64,000 nt of DNA from Nemertoderma westbladi (lineage: Eukaryota; Animalia; Xenacoelomorpha): contig JAUCBJ010008796.1 in assembly GCA_032718475.1 (NCBI GenBank), positions 33,253-97,252 of the forward strand, written 5' to 3'. The notes beneath the pieces are model-generated. The model did not search any database. It was not told the origin of the DNA and saw only the letters and a program-made list of their open reading frames with translations. Below, one piece after another: positions 10,360 to 20,673 of this stretch (the stretch's first letter is position 1; every line of letters starts with the position of its first letter). The translations under genes were made by a program, and so were the position numbers.

Positions 10360-11536
10360 TGCAAGGGAGTTACTGAAGGCCCTCGTGTCTTGCGAACCAT
10401 GAATTGACATGGTGCCGTGGTACCGTCTTGTCGGCCTGTTGCCGTACTGCCAGTCCTGTACACAGTAGGGGTGGTGACTTAGTGTGATCTGTGGTTTATG
10501 TGGTTTATTTGGTAGGTCTATGTTTGGTATGTATGAGTTGACCAGACTCTGTACTGTCTCTGATTGGTTGCCAAAACGTGTTTTTTCCCAGGGTAGCACT
10601 ATTGGAATGGAGGTGTTGCATCGGAATGGACAGGTTCTGATGATTCTGTTGGTACTACTATTGGAATGGAGGTGGCACCCGGAATATCGGCTGCAAGGAG
10701 GGGTTGGTGTTGTAGTGTGGTCCGAGTGAATGATACTCTGGAATCTGTGGTTTGTGTGTGTACGTGGTATACGTGAGTGTATGTATGGCCACTGCGAGTG
10801 GGTATGGGAACCCTTACCGGTTGGTTCAGTCGCCGCTGGTTATTAGTAGGACAATATTTTACTGCGCCCCAGCATACTTTGTGCACACAAAGTTATTTTA
10901 CCCTGTCGGTAAAATAAGGTACTCTAGACTCTTTATCAGTCTATACAATTTTGTCCCCTCTGATTTTGTCACCGATTTTGTCCTCCCCGATTATGTCCTC
11001 TGTGTGTGCGTGGTATGCGTCAGATTGGTGTTTACCTTTTGTGTACTTGATTATCGAACATCTGTTGAGTACACGTGTACAGTGACTGGTAAGTGGTTAC
11101 TTGTTCCTAGCTTTCGAGCTAGTCAGTATTGTTTGCGGAACCGACTTCCCCTCAATACTGCCGGCGAGGCGGGTGAAAACGTGTCAAAATTCCAATGTGG
11201 GTAGCGCAAGCCCGCTTGGGACAAGACCGTCGGTTTGGCTCAAGGGCGACCTTGATGCTCGATCGCTATCGACTGGTCCACCCGCCGGTTGACTCTCTGA
11301 GTTGGCTCAATGTACAGTCAGGCCACAGCAAGTTGACAGTAGCCGACCATCTGGCTACACCGACGAGTTGTGCCGGTGTGATCGGGGGATTGAAAAGTGA
11401 ACCCGGGAAGCATCGGGCTACCCTCCGGCCCGGTCTGATAAAAACATCAGTCGGACTGGCCCCAAGGGTGGTGGGACAGCGTCCGCCTCATGGGTGCGCC
11501 TCGGAGTCATCAGAGAGGAGCCCAGAAGGACGCAAG
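10277..11536. mobile_element. 1260-bp insertion in the integrase C-terminus; possibly a terminal-repeat remnant of a tyrosine-recombinase (Ngaro/PAT-like) retroelement
   Basis: Pol similarity stops after KKPGTQ and resumes in the same frame at 11537. Both junctions read ac(c/g)caag. The GC-rich 3' part has many hairpins. The family assignment is from recall only. Confidence 0.6.
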
Positions 11537-11691
11537 CGATAATCTTTGAGACGCAACAACTCAATCGCCCAGTTGGTCGTTTATGTTTACTGGAAAGAGA
11601 CAGAGAACTCTCTGGAAACTATGGAAGACAAGACACTCTTCCCTCGACCACCTCCCTAATTCCTCAAACATCTAGGGACTCCCAAACGTGA
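11537..11691 (+). CDS. Displaced true C-terminus of the Bel/Pao integrase
   Basis: Reads AIIFETQQLNRPVGRLCLLE..., matching the typical Bel/Pao end motif RPxxKLxxL, in the same frame as gag-pol. Confidence 0.85.
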
Positions 11692-12239
11692 TACGTCTGG
11701 AGTGGGTGTATGACTATGTTATTTATCTATTTTATTACATTTTATATGCGAACTTTATTATGTACTTTATTATAATCGTTTTTATTCAATTTTATTTAGT
11801 GGAATGTTATTTTAGGGATTATTTGGTAGATTAGTGCAATATATTAGTGTTTATTACGTACATAATCACTTATAATATATATTTAGTGCGACGGCGGGAA
11901 ATAATTATTTTTTCTCTTCCCTTACTGTCCGTATCATATTATAAATACGTGACTACAGTAAGATGAAATGTCCGTACTTCTTAAAGTACAATAAAGCCAC
12001 TACTATATTTAAGTATTATTGGTAGGCAGAGTATTAGGAATGCAAAGTTCAGATCCTCGTGTCTCGGCTAAACCAAGCTCTGGGTAGACCTTGGAAACGA
12101 CTTGCCTCTTCACACTGACATTGCTTCGTGCGATATTGCTCTTCTACCTTATAACAAATAATACATATAGTAGCGTGATGTCCCTCTAACAGTAGCGTAA
12201 ATCGCAAATAAATCTGTTAAACTTTTTGACCATCTGTAA

Positions 12240-12510
12240 TTCTAGTCGATTAAGATATCGTGGCACCCACCGATATACTTGAAAGACAAATCCTAGAATC
12301 AGTGGTTAACGTCCCCAGACAAGTTCTGGAATAAATTGGTGCCCATCCTAAATATTAATTTAATATTTATTAAAATCTGTAAAATCCCGATCCTTTAAAA
12401 TTTTTAGTCAATTAAGATATCGCGCAGTATTTACCGATATTCTTAGAAGGACTATTTTATAGAATTAAGGATCCTAAGTCCCCAGATATGCTCTGGAATA
12501 AAATTTGTGT
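12240..12510 (+). repeat. Diverged ~110-bp direct repeat pair in the pol-ORF2 spacer
   Basis: The pattern tagtc.attaagatatcg...accgatat...gtccccaga....tctggaataaa occurs at ~12243-12335 and ~12405-12502. Confidence 0.8.
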
Positions 12511-13129
12511 CAATTTAACATCAAATAATAAAATTCACGGGAATAAATTTAAATTCATATTCAAATGAATTTCATAAATTGTCATTTTGCGCAATTTATA
12601 ACATTCCCAAAATTCCAGTAATTAATAGATCATGGGAGCGGAGATTCATATTGAGTGTACTAGAGTGCGAGAATCTCCAACATATAGTCAATAGCCGATA
12701 AAATTTATAAAATCATGCATAAAGAGGATATTGACAATTAAAGAATTACTATTAAATAACATCCCAGATCTGTATGCATGAGAATTCCCCTAATTCTACC
12801 GCTAGTTTTCCATAATGTCACCATGGCAACACCCACGCTAGAATTAGAAGCAAGTTAAAGGAACAATAAAAAGCTTACCCCATTGCGTAGCATAAGAGTA
12901 TACATAACGCACTATTAGTATCCAAGGATACATAGTAATAACGTGACATTCTGGAAGACACTGACTAACGGACAAATGGCATGCATGTGTGCAGTAAGCA
13001 ATGATTGTATGGAATTTGTGCGTTTATAGGTGAATGTTACTACTAAAGTGTGTTTACAGTAGCTAATCGCAATTGTAAAGTAGCCCTAACTCTACCGAGA
13101 TAACCTCAAGTGGATTCAAGCCTTGGGGA

Positions 13130-13272
13130 CGGACAGTGGTGGGACTTGTGCCGGTTATCGTTGTCGTGCTGTTGCTACATGTTGGCATAAACACTGCGAC
13201 AACGGTACATCGGCGCTGAGAAACCCACTGTCCGGGGGCAAAGCCTAGTAGGCAGCGACGCCCGCTTGCCTA
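13130..13272 (+). promoter_or_regulatory. Long RNA hairpin plus a small hairpin immediately upstream of ORF2
   Basis: Nested stems cggacagtgg/ccactgtccg, gtgccggt/atcggcgc and tatcgttgtcgt/gcgacaacggta, with G-U pairs favouring the + strand. A second hairpin taggcagcg/cgcttgccta lies at 13249-13272. Confidence 0.7.
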
Positions 13273-13315
13273 AAATATTAACTCATATTGATATTAATAA
13301 ACTCAGATAACAGAT

Positions 13316-16300
13316 ATGACGGAATTGATAGAAGATGACCTTGGTATCAGGGAGCGATATACTCTACCTTTACAAGCGTTTGTGGATAGCTTGATACGCG
13401 GTGAAGCCGATCCGACTATTACGGAGGACGATGGTCGTTATATCGAACCGCCGATGTCCCAGGAACAACTTACGCGTGAATTGGACTATAGAAAATTCAC
13501 CGCTCGCTATACGAATCGTAATGGTACGTATATGGACTTCTTAACTACCGGCCATCCTACCGATTTAAATGATACGGAAGATGTAGACACCGAAAGGGAA
13601 ATGGTTTTATTTAAATATCATGCCCAGCGGAATCGTAATGATAAACCGAGAATAGAACACGAGAACTCTATTCGCAACCTACTCGACAGAGAAAACGTTG
13701 AAGAACCCGATAAGCGCCTCAACTTCAACGACTACTTGGAATTTTTGAGAGAAACCTATCTCAATATTGCCAGTCAACAGAACCTAGAGACTCGATATCC
13801 TCAAGGTATACATCACGATCCCATAGTAGAACTCAAACGACTCTATTTCACCATGATGTATCTTACCGCAGATCGTCCACTGCCTGTTGTCCCGGACAGC
13901 TTTGAACAAATGGAAGAGTATTGCAAAACTGGAGAACGATCACCAGCGTTTCCTCTGCAGGACGTACGTCTTTGGTATTATTGTGACTCATGTCCTAGAC
14001 CTAACCAGCAAACGGAAAGACATAAACATCCGCGGAGACGTTGTGCTAAACACAGTTTTACGCGTTATACTTACGGGAGTTTCGAGCGAAACCTGTTCGA
14101 CGTATCACCTACGATCGCCCGTCTAAAACGATCGCTAAATAAACCTATGATCAGAGTTCCGGAATACTCGGTCAGGCCTCCCCATTTCCCCGTGAGACCT
14201 CAAACTCTTGATCCTAACAGTATCACTGATCCTCCCGAGTTATACTCACTGTTCAAAGATTTGGTGTTACCCGAGCAGTTAATCGGTGGTGTTCCAGCGG
14301 TAGGTTCGTTAGATATTCGACCATCCTATTTAACCGGATTGGGACGCGGGCATCTAACATCGCCATTTAATCCTTACAATCGACCAGGATTAACTCCGAT
14401 ACAACCTGCCACGGAAATCGAGGAGAGTGTCATCAGAAACGCTTTAGACGCCATCCGACAGAAAATCGGAAAGGGAACCCAGGATTTTCTAGAGAAACGT
14501 AAATTACAGCAGCAGGTCCAATCGGTGAAAGAGTTAGCCTTGCCGCAGTTTGATAGAGAAATCCAAAACCTCGAAGAGGACATCGAGCTTGGACATACGT
14601 ATTCTCTACAGGAGTTTCTAGAAGAACGCTTACAGAAACAAGCGGAGGAAAATCAACTAGAGGAGAAACATACGGAAATGGATGAGAGAGAGGAAGCCGC
14701 TTTAGCCCAACCCGAAGCTCAGATACTCATAACCGATCTCTACTCTAAAACCGTCCGTCATCCCTCGATGGTTCCGCATTTCGGAGACAAACTTTTCGCA
14801 AAGATACAACCTCAACCGGTTGATATCGGCATAAGGTCGCAAAATCTTATCGCTGACGCTCCTATGTTACAGCGTCCGCCAATCGAGGCCGCTCGAGTTG
14901 ACGGTATACTCGTTGAACCTCCGGACAATCGAGCGGATCTTGTCCGTCGTATGGTACACGATGTCAACATACGCGCTAGACCTTTACAGAACTCTTTTTA
15001 TGGAATTAAAGATCACCCTTATTACGTTAATCTGACTCAATATTATATGGTAAAACCAGAAGATCCGACGCATAATTTAAAGTTTCTACCACTAATAAAT
15101 CCTCTGGACATTGTCGAACTCGAACAATTGCAAAAACATCTGGATCAGTTAGTAAAGGTAAACTCATTTCGAAAACCATATAACGTTTCTCGAATAGAGA
15201 AGGATACAGAACCTCCTTATAATCTCGATGGATTTATTAAAACTCGATTAGTCCATTGGAATCTAGACGTAATATTCGAGGAGGAGAAAATACAAAGATA
15301 TGGAAATGTGGAGACGTATACCACTCGATACATGAAGTATAGTGATCTCCCTGACGCTAATCAATGCGCCACCTTGTGGCATCCAGTAGGGATGACCCTC
15401 GAGAACGCCACCAAAGAGTGGAATGAAACTCTTAATATCATTGAGATGTATGGCGTTGTTACTTACGATAACGAAGGTAGCATTCCAATCGGAGAATTAG
15501 GAACTACGCGCATGATACACATACGCGGATTAGCTGGTTCCACTCACGTGTTTACGCGAGCGTGTTCCGACGTGGTCGATTATTCCTTTGAAACTCTCAC
15601 CGAAACGCAAAAGAATCTCCGACATGGACAATTCGAACTCGCGCAGCGTTACGTCATTGACACCGAACGCAAACCGGCCATGGGTATCGATGGATCGATG
15701 TTACCCCAGCCCGTTCTCGAGATGTTATTCAACGAAAGAATCATTAAAATCGGCTCAGCTGTTTACGGGGATCTCCAAAACGACTTTCGGAATATGGAAA
15801 ATATCCCCTATCCTTTCGTGGATACTCAGCTGATAGCTCCTTGGGCCGAAGGCCGAGGTTTCTTTCGCACCATGTATGCTAATGCGTCTAGCAACGTTAC
15901 AAAGGTGCAACGAACTTCCATCGGACATCTTGCCTTTCAGGAATACGGATGTAATTTCAAGGTCGGAAATCCCATCAACTATCAACAAGTATACGGAGAC
16001 CATTATTCTCGATTATACTTTGACGGACCGTTGACCGCACCTGGCGCCGTGTATAGCTTCATGAGTGTTCCACTCCGTCCCTCCTTAGCTATCTACACGA
16101 TCTTCGAAAACACCGCACTTTCCGGTTGGCTAGCCGATGTGTGCAGTCGTACTATACGCGCCCATCCATTAATCCTTGGGACCAAACTCGCTAAGCTAGA
16201 TGAACATAATAAATTCATCCGCTTTGAATGTTTCCGACGGTTTTTAACCCCGTTTCGCAACGTGGATAGCCAATTCAAAGACCGCGCTTTGACCAAGCTC

Positions 16301-17569
16301 AGCTTAAGAGACTCGGCTGCGGAGAAGTTAGATAGCGCTGGATTTGCTATTTTCAAAGACGTTTGTATAATAAACCTGCACTCCTCGGTTATCCAAAGAC
16401 CTCGGATCCCCACAGGTTATTCTGTCGTGGAAATTCAGACGGTAGGTCCACTTGAGGAGACGGCCATGCCTACCTCAACTATACAAGGGGAAGACGAACC
16501 CATATGTTTAGAATCTGAAGAGATTCAGCCCCCCACGTCTCGGAGTAGCGATAGCGACTACATATTGGAATGGTATCAAGGTCCACAGTGTCTTACTGCG
16601 TATGATTATCGCCATGCCAATTATGTTTCTCGACAACGTTGTCGGCTGTGCGCATCGAGAGACCATATTACGTCTATGGACACCAACGATCTCTGTTCCT
16701 ATTTCCACGAGCAACCGTCGATGGAAATCTATTGTGCATATTGTCGGCTTAATAATTTGCATATTTTTGCTGTCTGCCCCCAATTTATGACTCAATGCCA
16801 TCATTGTCAATTAAAAGGACACGCCAGCTTTGATTGTCCATTTAATCATGATTTAGAGAGCGTAGATGAAATGATTGTACTACGTTATATCAGAGCTTGG
16901 GAAGCGAACGCTGATTTACATTGTGATTCACGCCATCGCTATTACCCTGGACGCGCTTACGAAGGAGTTTATGCGTTCCATCCTTATTTGTTTGCCTCCG
17001 TCGAGCAGAAATCACGCCTATCAAGTTATGAACTACTGAAGCGCGTTGGAGAATGTATTTCAACCAAATATGTACGCAAATTTCTCAGGAGCATTAATCC
17101 GAGTGACATCAATTCTTACAACTTAATAAACTTTATCCGTCAAGATCCGGACTATGGAGACTTATTTGTCAACTCATACCCCGAGTTACAGGAAGTGTAT
17201 CGACGGCCTTACGAGTATCGAGCCCGCGAACGCGAGTTGGAAAGAACCATTAAACCAAGGAAGTTTCTAACTACCTATGGTCCACCCACGGCCCTCGTTC
17301 AGACCACTCGTAAAGGACCCGTAAGAGCGGCTGTCTTGAAACGAGCTCTCAAAGCCGTTAGACCCCTCTCCCCGGACGTTGATGTCAATCGACCCGGTAC
17401 TTCGACCGGCGGATATACCGATCGTAATCCCATACCTTCTGATGCAATCATATTGCACCCTTCACCCAGGAGTTATAGCCCTCCTTGTAAAGTGGCTCGC
17501 CCCAAAGAGAAAAGGACTCTTGCTAGCTTTAAAAAACTGCGTAAACGCCGTCCGCGCAAGAAAGACTAA
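13316..17569 (+). CDS. Retrotransposon accessory ORF2: DEDDy-like 3'-5' exonuclease domain, three CCHC-type zinc knuckles, N-terminal Cys/His motif, basic C-terminal tail
   Basis: Uninterrupted 1417 aa inside the LTRs. ExoI VVTYDNEG (D718/E720); LPQPVLEMLFNERIIKIGSAVYGDL (ExoII D819); FVDTQ; SIGHLA; PLRPSLAIYTIFE (Y927/E931, ExoIII-like). Knuckles CRLCASRDH..C, CAYCRLNNLHIFAVC and CHHCQLKGHASFDC; ends KKLRKRRPRKKD. Confidence 0.85.
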   Translation: MTELIEDDLGIRERYTLPLQAFVDSLIRGEADPTITEDDGRYIEPPMSQEQLTRELDYRKFTARYTNRNGTYMDFLTTGHPTDLNDTEDVDTEREMVLFKYHAQRNRNDKPRIEHENSIRNLLDRENVEEPDKRLNFNDYLEFLRETYLNIASQQNLETRYPQGIHHDPIVELKRLYFTMMYLTADRPLPVVPDSFEQMEEYCKTGERSPAFPLQDVRLWYYCDSCPRPNQQTERHKHPRRRCAKHSFTRYTYGSFERNLFDVSPTIARLKRSLNKPMIRVPEYSVRPPHFPVRPQTLDPNSITDPPELYSLFKDLVLPEQLIGGVPAVGSLDIRPSYLTGLGRGHLTSPFNPYNRPGLTPIQPATEIEESVIRNALDAIRQKIGKGTQDFLEKRKLQQQVQSVKELALPQFDREIQNLEEDIELGHTYSLQEFLEERLQKQAEENQLEEKHTEMDEREEAALAQPEAQILITDLYSKTVRHPSMVPHFGDKLFAKIQPQPVDIGIRSQNLIADAPMLQRPPIEAARVDGILVEPPDNRADLVRRMVHDVNIRARPLQNSFYGIKDHPYYVNLTQYYMVKPEDPTHNLKFLPLINPLDIVELEQLQKHLDQLVKVNSFRKPYNVSRIEKDTEPPYNLDGFIKTRLVHWNLDVIFEEEKIQRYGNVETYTTRYMKYSDLPDANQCATLWHPVGMTLENATKEWNETLNIIEMYGVVTYDNEGSIPIGELGTTRMIHIRGLAGSTHVFTRACSDVVDYSFETLTETQKNLRHGQFELAQRYVIDTERKPAMGIDGSMLPQPVLEMLFNERIIKIGSAVYGDLQNDFRNMENIPYPFVDTQLIAPWAEGRGFFRTMYANASSNVTKVQRTSIGHLAFQEYGCNFKVGNPINYQQVYGDHYSRLYFDGPLTAPGAVYSFMSVPLRPSLAIYTIFENTALSGWLADVCSRTIRAHPLILGTKLAKLDEHNKFIRFECFRRFLTPFRNVDSQFKDRALTKLSLRDSAAEKLDSAGFAIFKDVCIINLHSSVIQRPRIPTGYSVVEIQTVGPLEETAMPTSTIQGEDEPICLESEEIQPPTSRSSDSDYILEWYQGPQCLTAYDYRHANYVSRQRCRLCASRDHITSMDTNDLCSYFHEQPSMEIYCAYCRLNNLHIFAVCPQFMTQCHHCQLKGHASFDCPFNHDLESVDEMIVLRYIRAWEANADLHCDSRHRYYPGRAYEGVYAFHPYLFASVEQKSRLSSYELLKRVGECISTKYVRKFLRSINPSDINSYNLINFIRQDPDYGDLFVNSYPELQEVYRRPYEYRARERELERTIKPRKFLTTYGPPTALVQTTRKGPVRAAVLKRALKAVRPLSPDVDVNRPGTSTGGYTDRNPIPSDAIILHPSPRSYSPPCKVARPKEKRTLASFKKLRKRRPRKKD

Positions 17570-17639
17570 CTGTTTAGAGTATTTTTATATTTTAGAAACT
17601 GTGATTTTGTATATTTTATAGACTTAAATCCCATTTTCT

Positions 17640-17647
17640 GGGAGCGG
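17640..17647 (+). promoter_or_regulatory. Short polypurine tract
   Basis: gggagcgg directly precedes the TGT start of the 3' LTR. Confidence 0.6.
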
Positions 17648-18858
17648 TGTAAAAGCTTTTGTGGGATAACTGATTCGTTTGCCTTGCTGGCCAGTTCCCC
17701 CCCGGTCGCTAGAATACTCTAAAAGGGATCTATAGGTAAAATAGTGCAAGCTACCAGCTTATTGGCTGATGTGCTGTACTGAGGTATCTGGGTTCCGTTT
17801 AATCGGCCAACCAGCTTAGAGAGGTTGCCTTAGCCCTGCTGTCCGTATCGGCCAATAGAATTTGAGTGGGCGTTGATTTCGACCTATCCCAGAGCTACTG
17901 AACTGAATTTTCCTATCTCACTGCTCATCCTCTGTGTTGGACGGGAGCTTCGGGGAATAAGGGTAGTTGGTATCCTCGTATAGGGATTCTAGTCTTATGA
18001 TTCTTCATATGATTCTGTTGTTGTGTTCCCATTTTTCGCCATAACACCGGCTTTTGGGAAGAACTCTAGTAAAACTGCTTAAATTATCGAAGGTATAAAC
18101 TGTTATCCTATCAACCTACCATCCTACCTACTAATCAATCAATCAACCTGATTCTGTTGCTAATCATATTGTTTGTACTGTTATTTACCGTCAGTTATTA
18201 ATTGTATCTATTTGTTGATGGAAATATTGCTCTTTGGAGAATACGGATAAATCACCCAAATTTCCCAATTTTCTTGATACACTACAGGTTAGAGAGACAG
18301 GCTATATATAACAATTGCGATTTATATTAATGTGGTGTGTATTGAATCTAATGTTATTTAGCAGACCCTACATGAGTCAATTGCTGCTCTCTTTATGTGT
18401 GATCAAATTTACTGACGGTCGGCAGAATAGTGTGCATGATTGTAATTGATAACAAAGTATTTCCTAAAGAATACGCTTTATACTTTAATCATAAGCAGTA
18501 TCGTTGCGTTTAGTATAAGTCCTAGTCCTGTTTAAATAGATAGAGCGCCACGTCCTAAAGGAACTGTTAATATTTCCCGAAAGCCAATAATATCTGTCAG
18601 AAATTAATTAATAACGATCAATCGAATAATACAGTAAGTTTACACTGCAACCTTACACTGCAATAATAAAATTTAAGCAGCCGAATTCAGCCTCCCGGGT
18701 GTAGATCCATCGGGTGAATGATCGCGCATGGGCTGTCTTCGGGTAATGTTTTGTTTAATAGCATAAAATATTGTCGTATGCTAAAGGTGTTTTAATTAAC
18801 TAGAAGACATATAAATTTTGGCAGGTTGAACTGCTAAAGGTCTTCAAAAGCGCGAACA
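17648..18858 (+). repeat. 3' LTR (1211 bp)
   Basis: Termini TGTaaaaGCTTTTG ... CAAAAGCgcgaACA form an imperfect inverted repeat. The end matches bases 1-30. CCAAT-like boxes at ~17761 and ~17852; AATAAA at 18665. Confidence 0.85.
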
Positions 18859-19330
18859 TTCTCCTCGACCCTTTTCATATTACCGTGTTTAGTACAGACC
18901 CTGATACATTCAGTACAAGATTGTTCTTTGATACAAATTCAGATACTGCCTCTAAGGTTGAAAACAATATAATATAAATTTACCTATTCTGACTATTGAA
19001 CCTGGTGGTGCTTCGATTAATTCCTTTTCTATATCATTCACACCCTTCTTAGTGTATGTTATCACTTTTGTAATAACACATTTGTGGACAATCTTGCAAA
19101 TGTCATTAAAATCAGGGGTTGGGGATAGTGGGTTAGATCCAATAACACGATCTAGTACACGTTTTATTGTACCGCTAATCCCATCGGCTGGACCATTGCC
19201 ATGTCCAGCTTCCATAAAAACCCACTGCATCTCGATTCTAGTTGTTTTACAATATTCTATAAAAAGTTTGAAAATTGAACGGTTCCTATACTGGGCTGAT
19301 GGGGAATCTGTCACTATAATAATGCTAGTG
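18859..19330 (-). pseudogene. DNA transposase fragment (Sola-like DDD motif), directly abutting the 3' LTR
   Basis: TDSPSAQYRN...FMEAGHGNGPADGISGTIKR motif, followed by a SCTECIRVCTKH Cys/His tail running up to the LTR end. The superfamily assignment is tentative. Confidence 0.6.
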
Positions 19331-19384
19331 ATACCAGGGGCCGGTTTTGGTGGACAAGGGTGGCCTCAGAATTGGGTTGATGGT

Positions 19385-19590
19385 TCAACTCAGGTTCAGA
19401 TGGATGGACAAGGTGACAGACACTCAGGTTCGGGTTCAGATGGATGGACAAGGTGACACTCAAGGTTCAGGTTAAGATGGAAGGACAAGGTGACACTCAG
19501 GTTCGGGTTCAGACGGACAGACAAGGTGACACTCAGGTTCGTGTTCAGATGGACAGACAAGGTGCGACACTCAGGTTCGTGTTCAGATGG
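19385..19590 (+). repeat. Minisatellite, ~33-bp unit
   Basis: Repeats of ggatggacaaggtgacactcaggttcgggttcaga. Confidence 0.85.
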
Positions 19591-20078
19591 GCAACTGAAC
19601 CCGGTTCTCCACTATATGTAATAATCATTGGATGTAAAGACAATCTCTCCTTTGAATAGTAGGCGGAATGAATCTCTGCCAGTCTTTGTGTTGAGTAGTT
19701 CTCACTCCAGTCCACCCTAAGTCTCGACGCTCGACGCTAACGCTCGACTATGCCCTATATTGATTTATACGCCGCATTACGTGATCTTTCAGGTCTGCCA
19801 GTTCTTCTAGTTTATTGTTCATAAATGATCATATACAATTATAGTAATTATAGTTATAGACCAATAATACATTAAATTAAATTTCGATCTAGATATAAAC
19901 ATAAACCCAATCCTATACAGTAATACAGTAGATACTTTACAATAACACAGTCCAATCCAAACGTGTATGTATATACTATACAGTAGTTAATATTGACAAA
20001 TTACAACCGAAATTGCCATCAAAAATCAAATTAACCCACAAACTCCCGGCGCGATAGATGACACAGAACCTGATAGAT

Positions 20079-20673
20079 GGGTATAACTTTTCGCCGTATC
20101 CGTATCCGTATGCATTTGCCGTATCCGTATGTACATACGCGTATGTGCCGTATGTAATGGATTCCTATGGAGAATAATCCGTATGTGATTTTAGAGATTA
20201 GGCATTGCGGACCAGTAAGAAGTGCACAACACACATGCAGACTGAAGACAGGTAGGCCTACTTAAAGCTAAGTGATTTAAAGAGTGTGGCTGCCGCTACC
20301 TTATGTCAGCGAGTGCAACTGGGTGCCAGTAATTAATCTAAGTCCAACCGGGCGGCCAGGTGTCAGTTTGTACAATAAAACAAGCGCTGTGGCGCATCCC
20401 GGGACTGAAGGACATCATCTGTCACTCATCCTGGACCTACAATGTTTAGTTGACGTAAGGTAGCCACACTCTTTAAATCACTTAGCTTTAAGTAGGCCTA
20501 CCTGTCTTCAGTCTGCATGTGTGTTGTGCACTTCTTACTGGTCCGCAATGCCTAATCTTTAAAATCACATACGGATTATTCTCCATAGGAATCCATTACA
20601 TACGCACATATCCGTATGTGCATACGGATACGGCAAATGCATACGGATACGGATATGGCGAAAAGTTATACCC
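20079..20673. mobile_element. MITE with ~230-bp terminal inverted repeats
   Basis: gggtataacttttcgcc... is inverted to ...ggcgaaaagttataccc; flanked on both sides by tgataga(t), a 7-8 bp TSD-like sequence. Confidence 0.9.

Larger units (their letters stand above)
1..18858 (+). mobile_element. Large Bel/Pao LTR retrotransposon with an extra 3' ORF (5' LTR mostly upstream of the window)
   Basis: Bases 1-30 (aactgctaaaggtcttcaaaagcgcgaaca) recur exactly at 18829-18858. Between them lie a Bel/Pao gag-pol, a second long ORF, a short purine-rich tract and a TG...CA LTR. Confidence 0.93.

Noticed and set aside
10630-10675. Hammerhead at ctgatga (10638)
   Set aside because: A stem follows but the required GAAA does not.
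11000-11536. Group I or group II intron in the structured insert
   Set aside because: No domain V or P7-type core motifs recognised; the boundaries do not fit GUGYG...AY.
13316-17569. ORF2 as an envelope gene
   Set aside because: No signal peptide or transmembrane helix is visible; nuclease, zinc-knuckle and NLS-like motifs are present instead.
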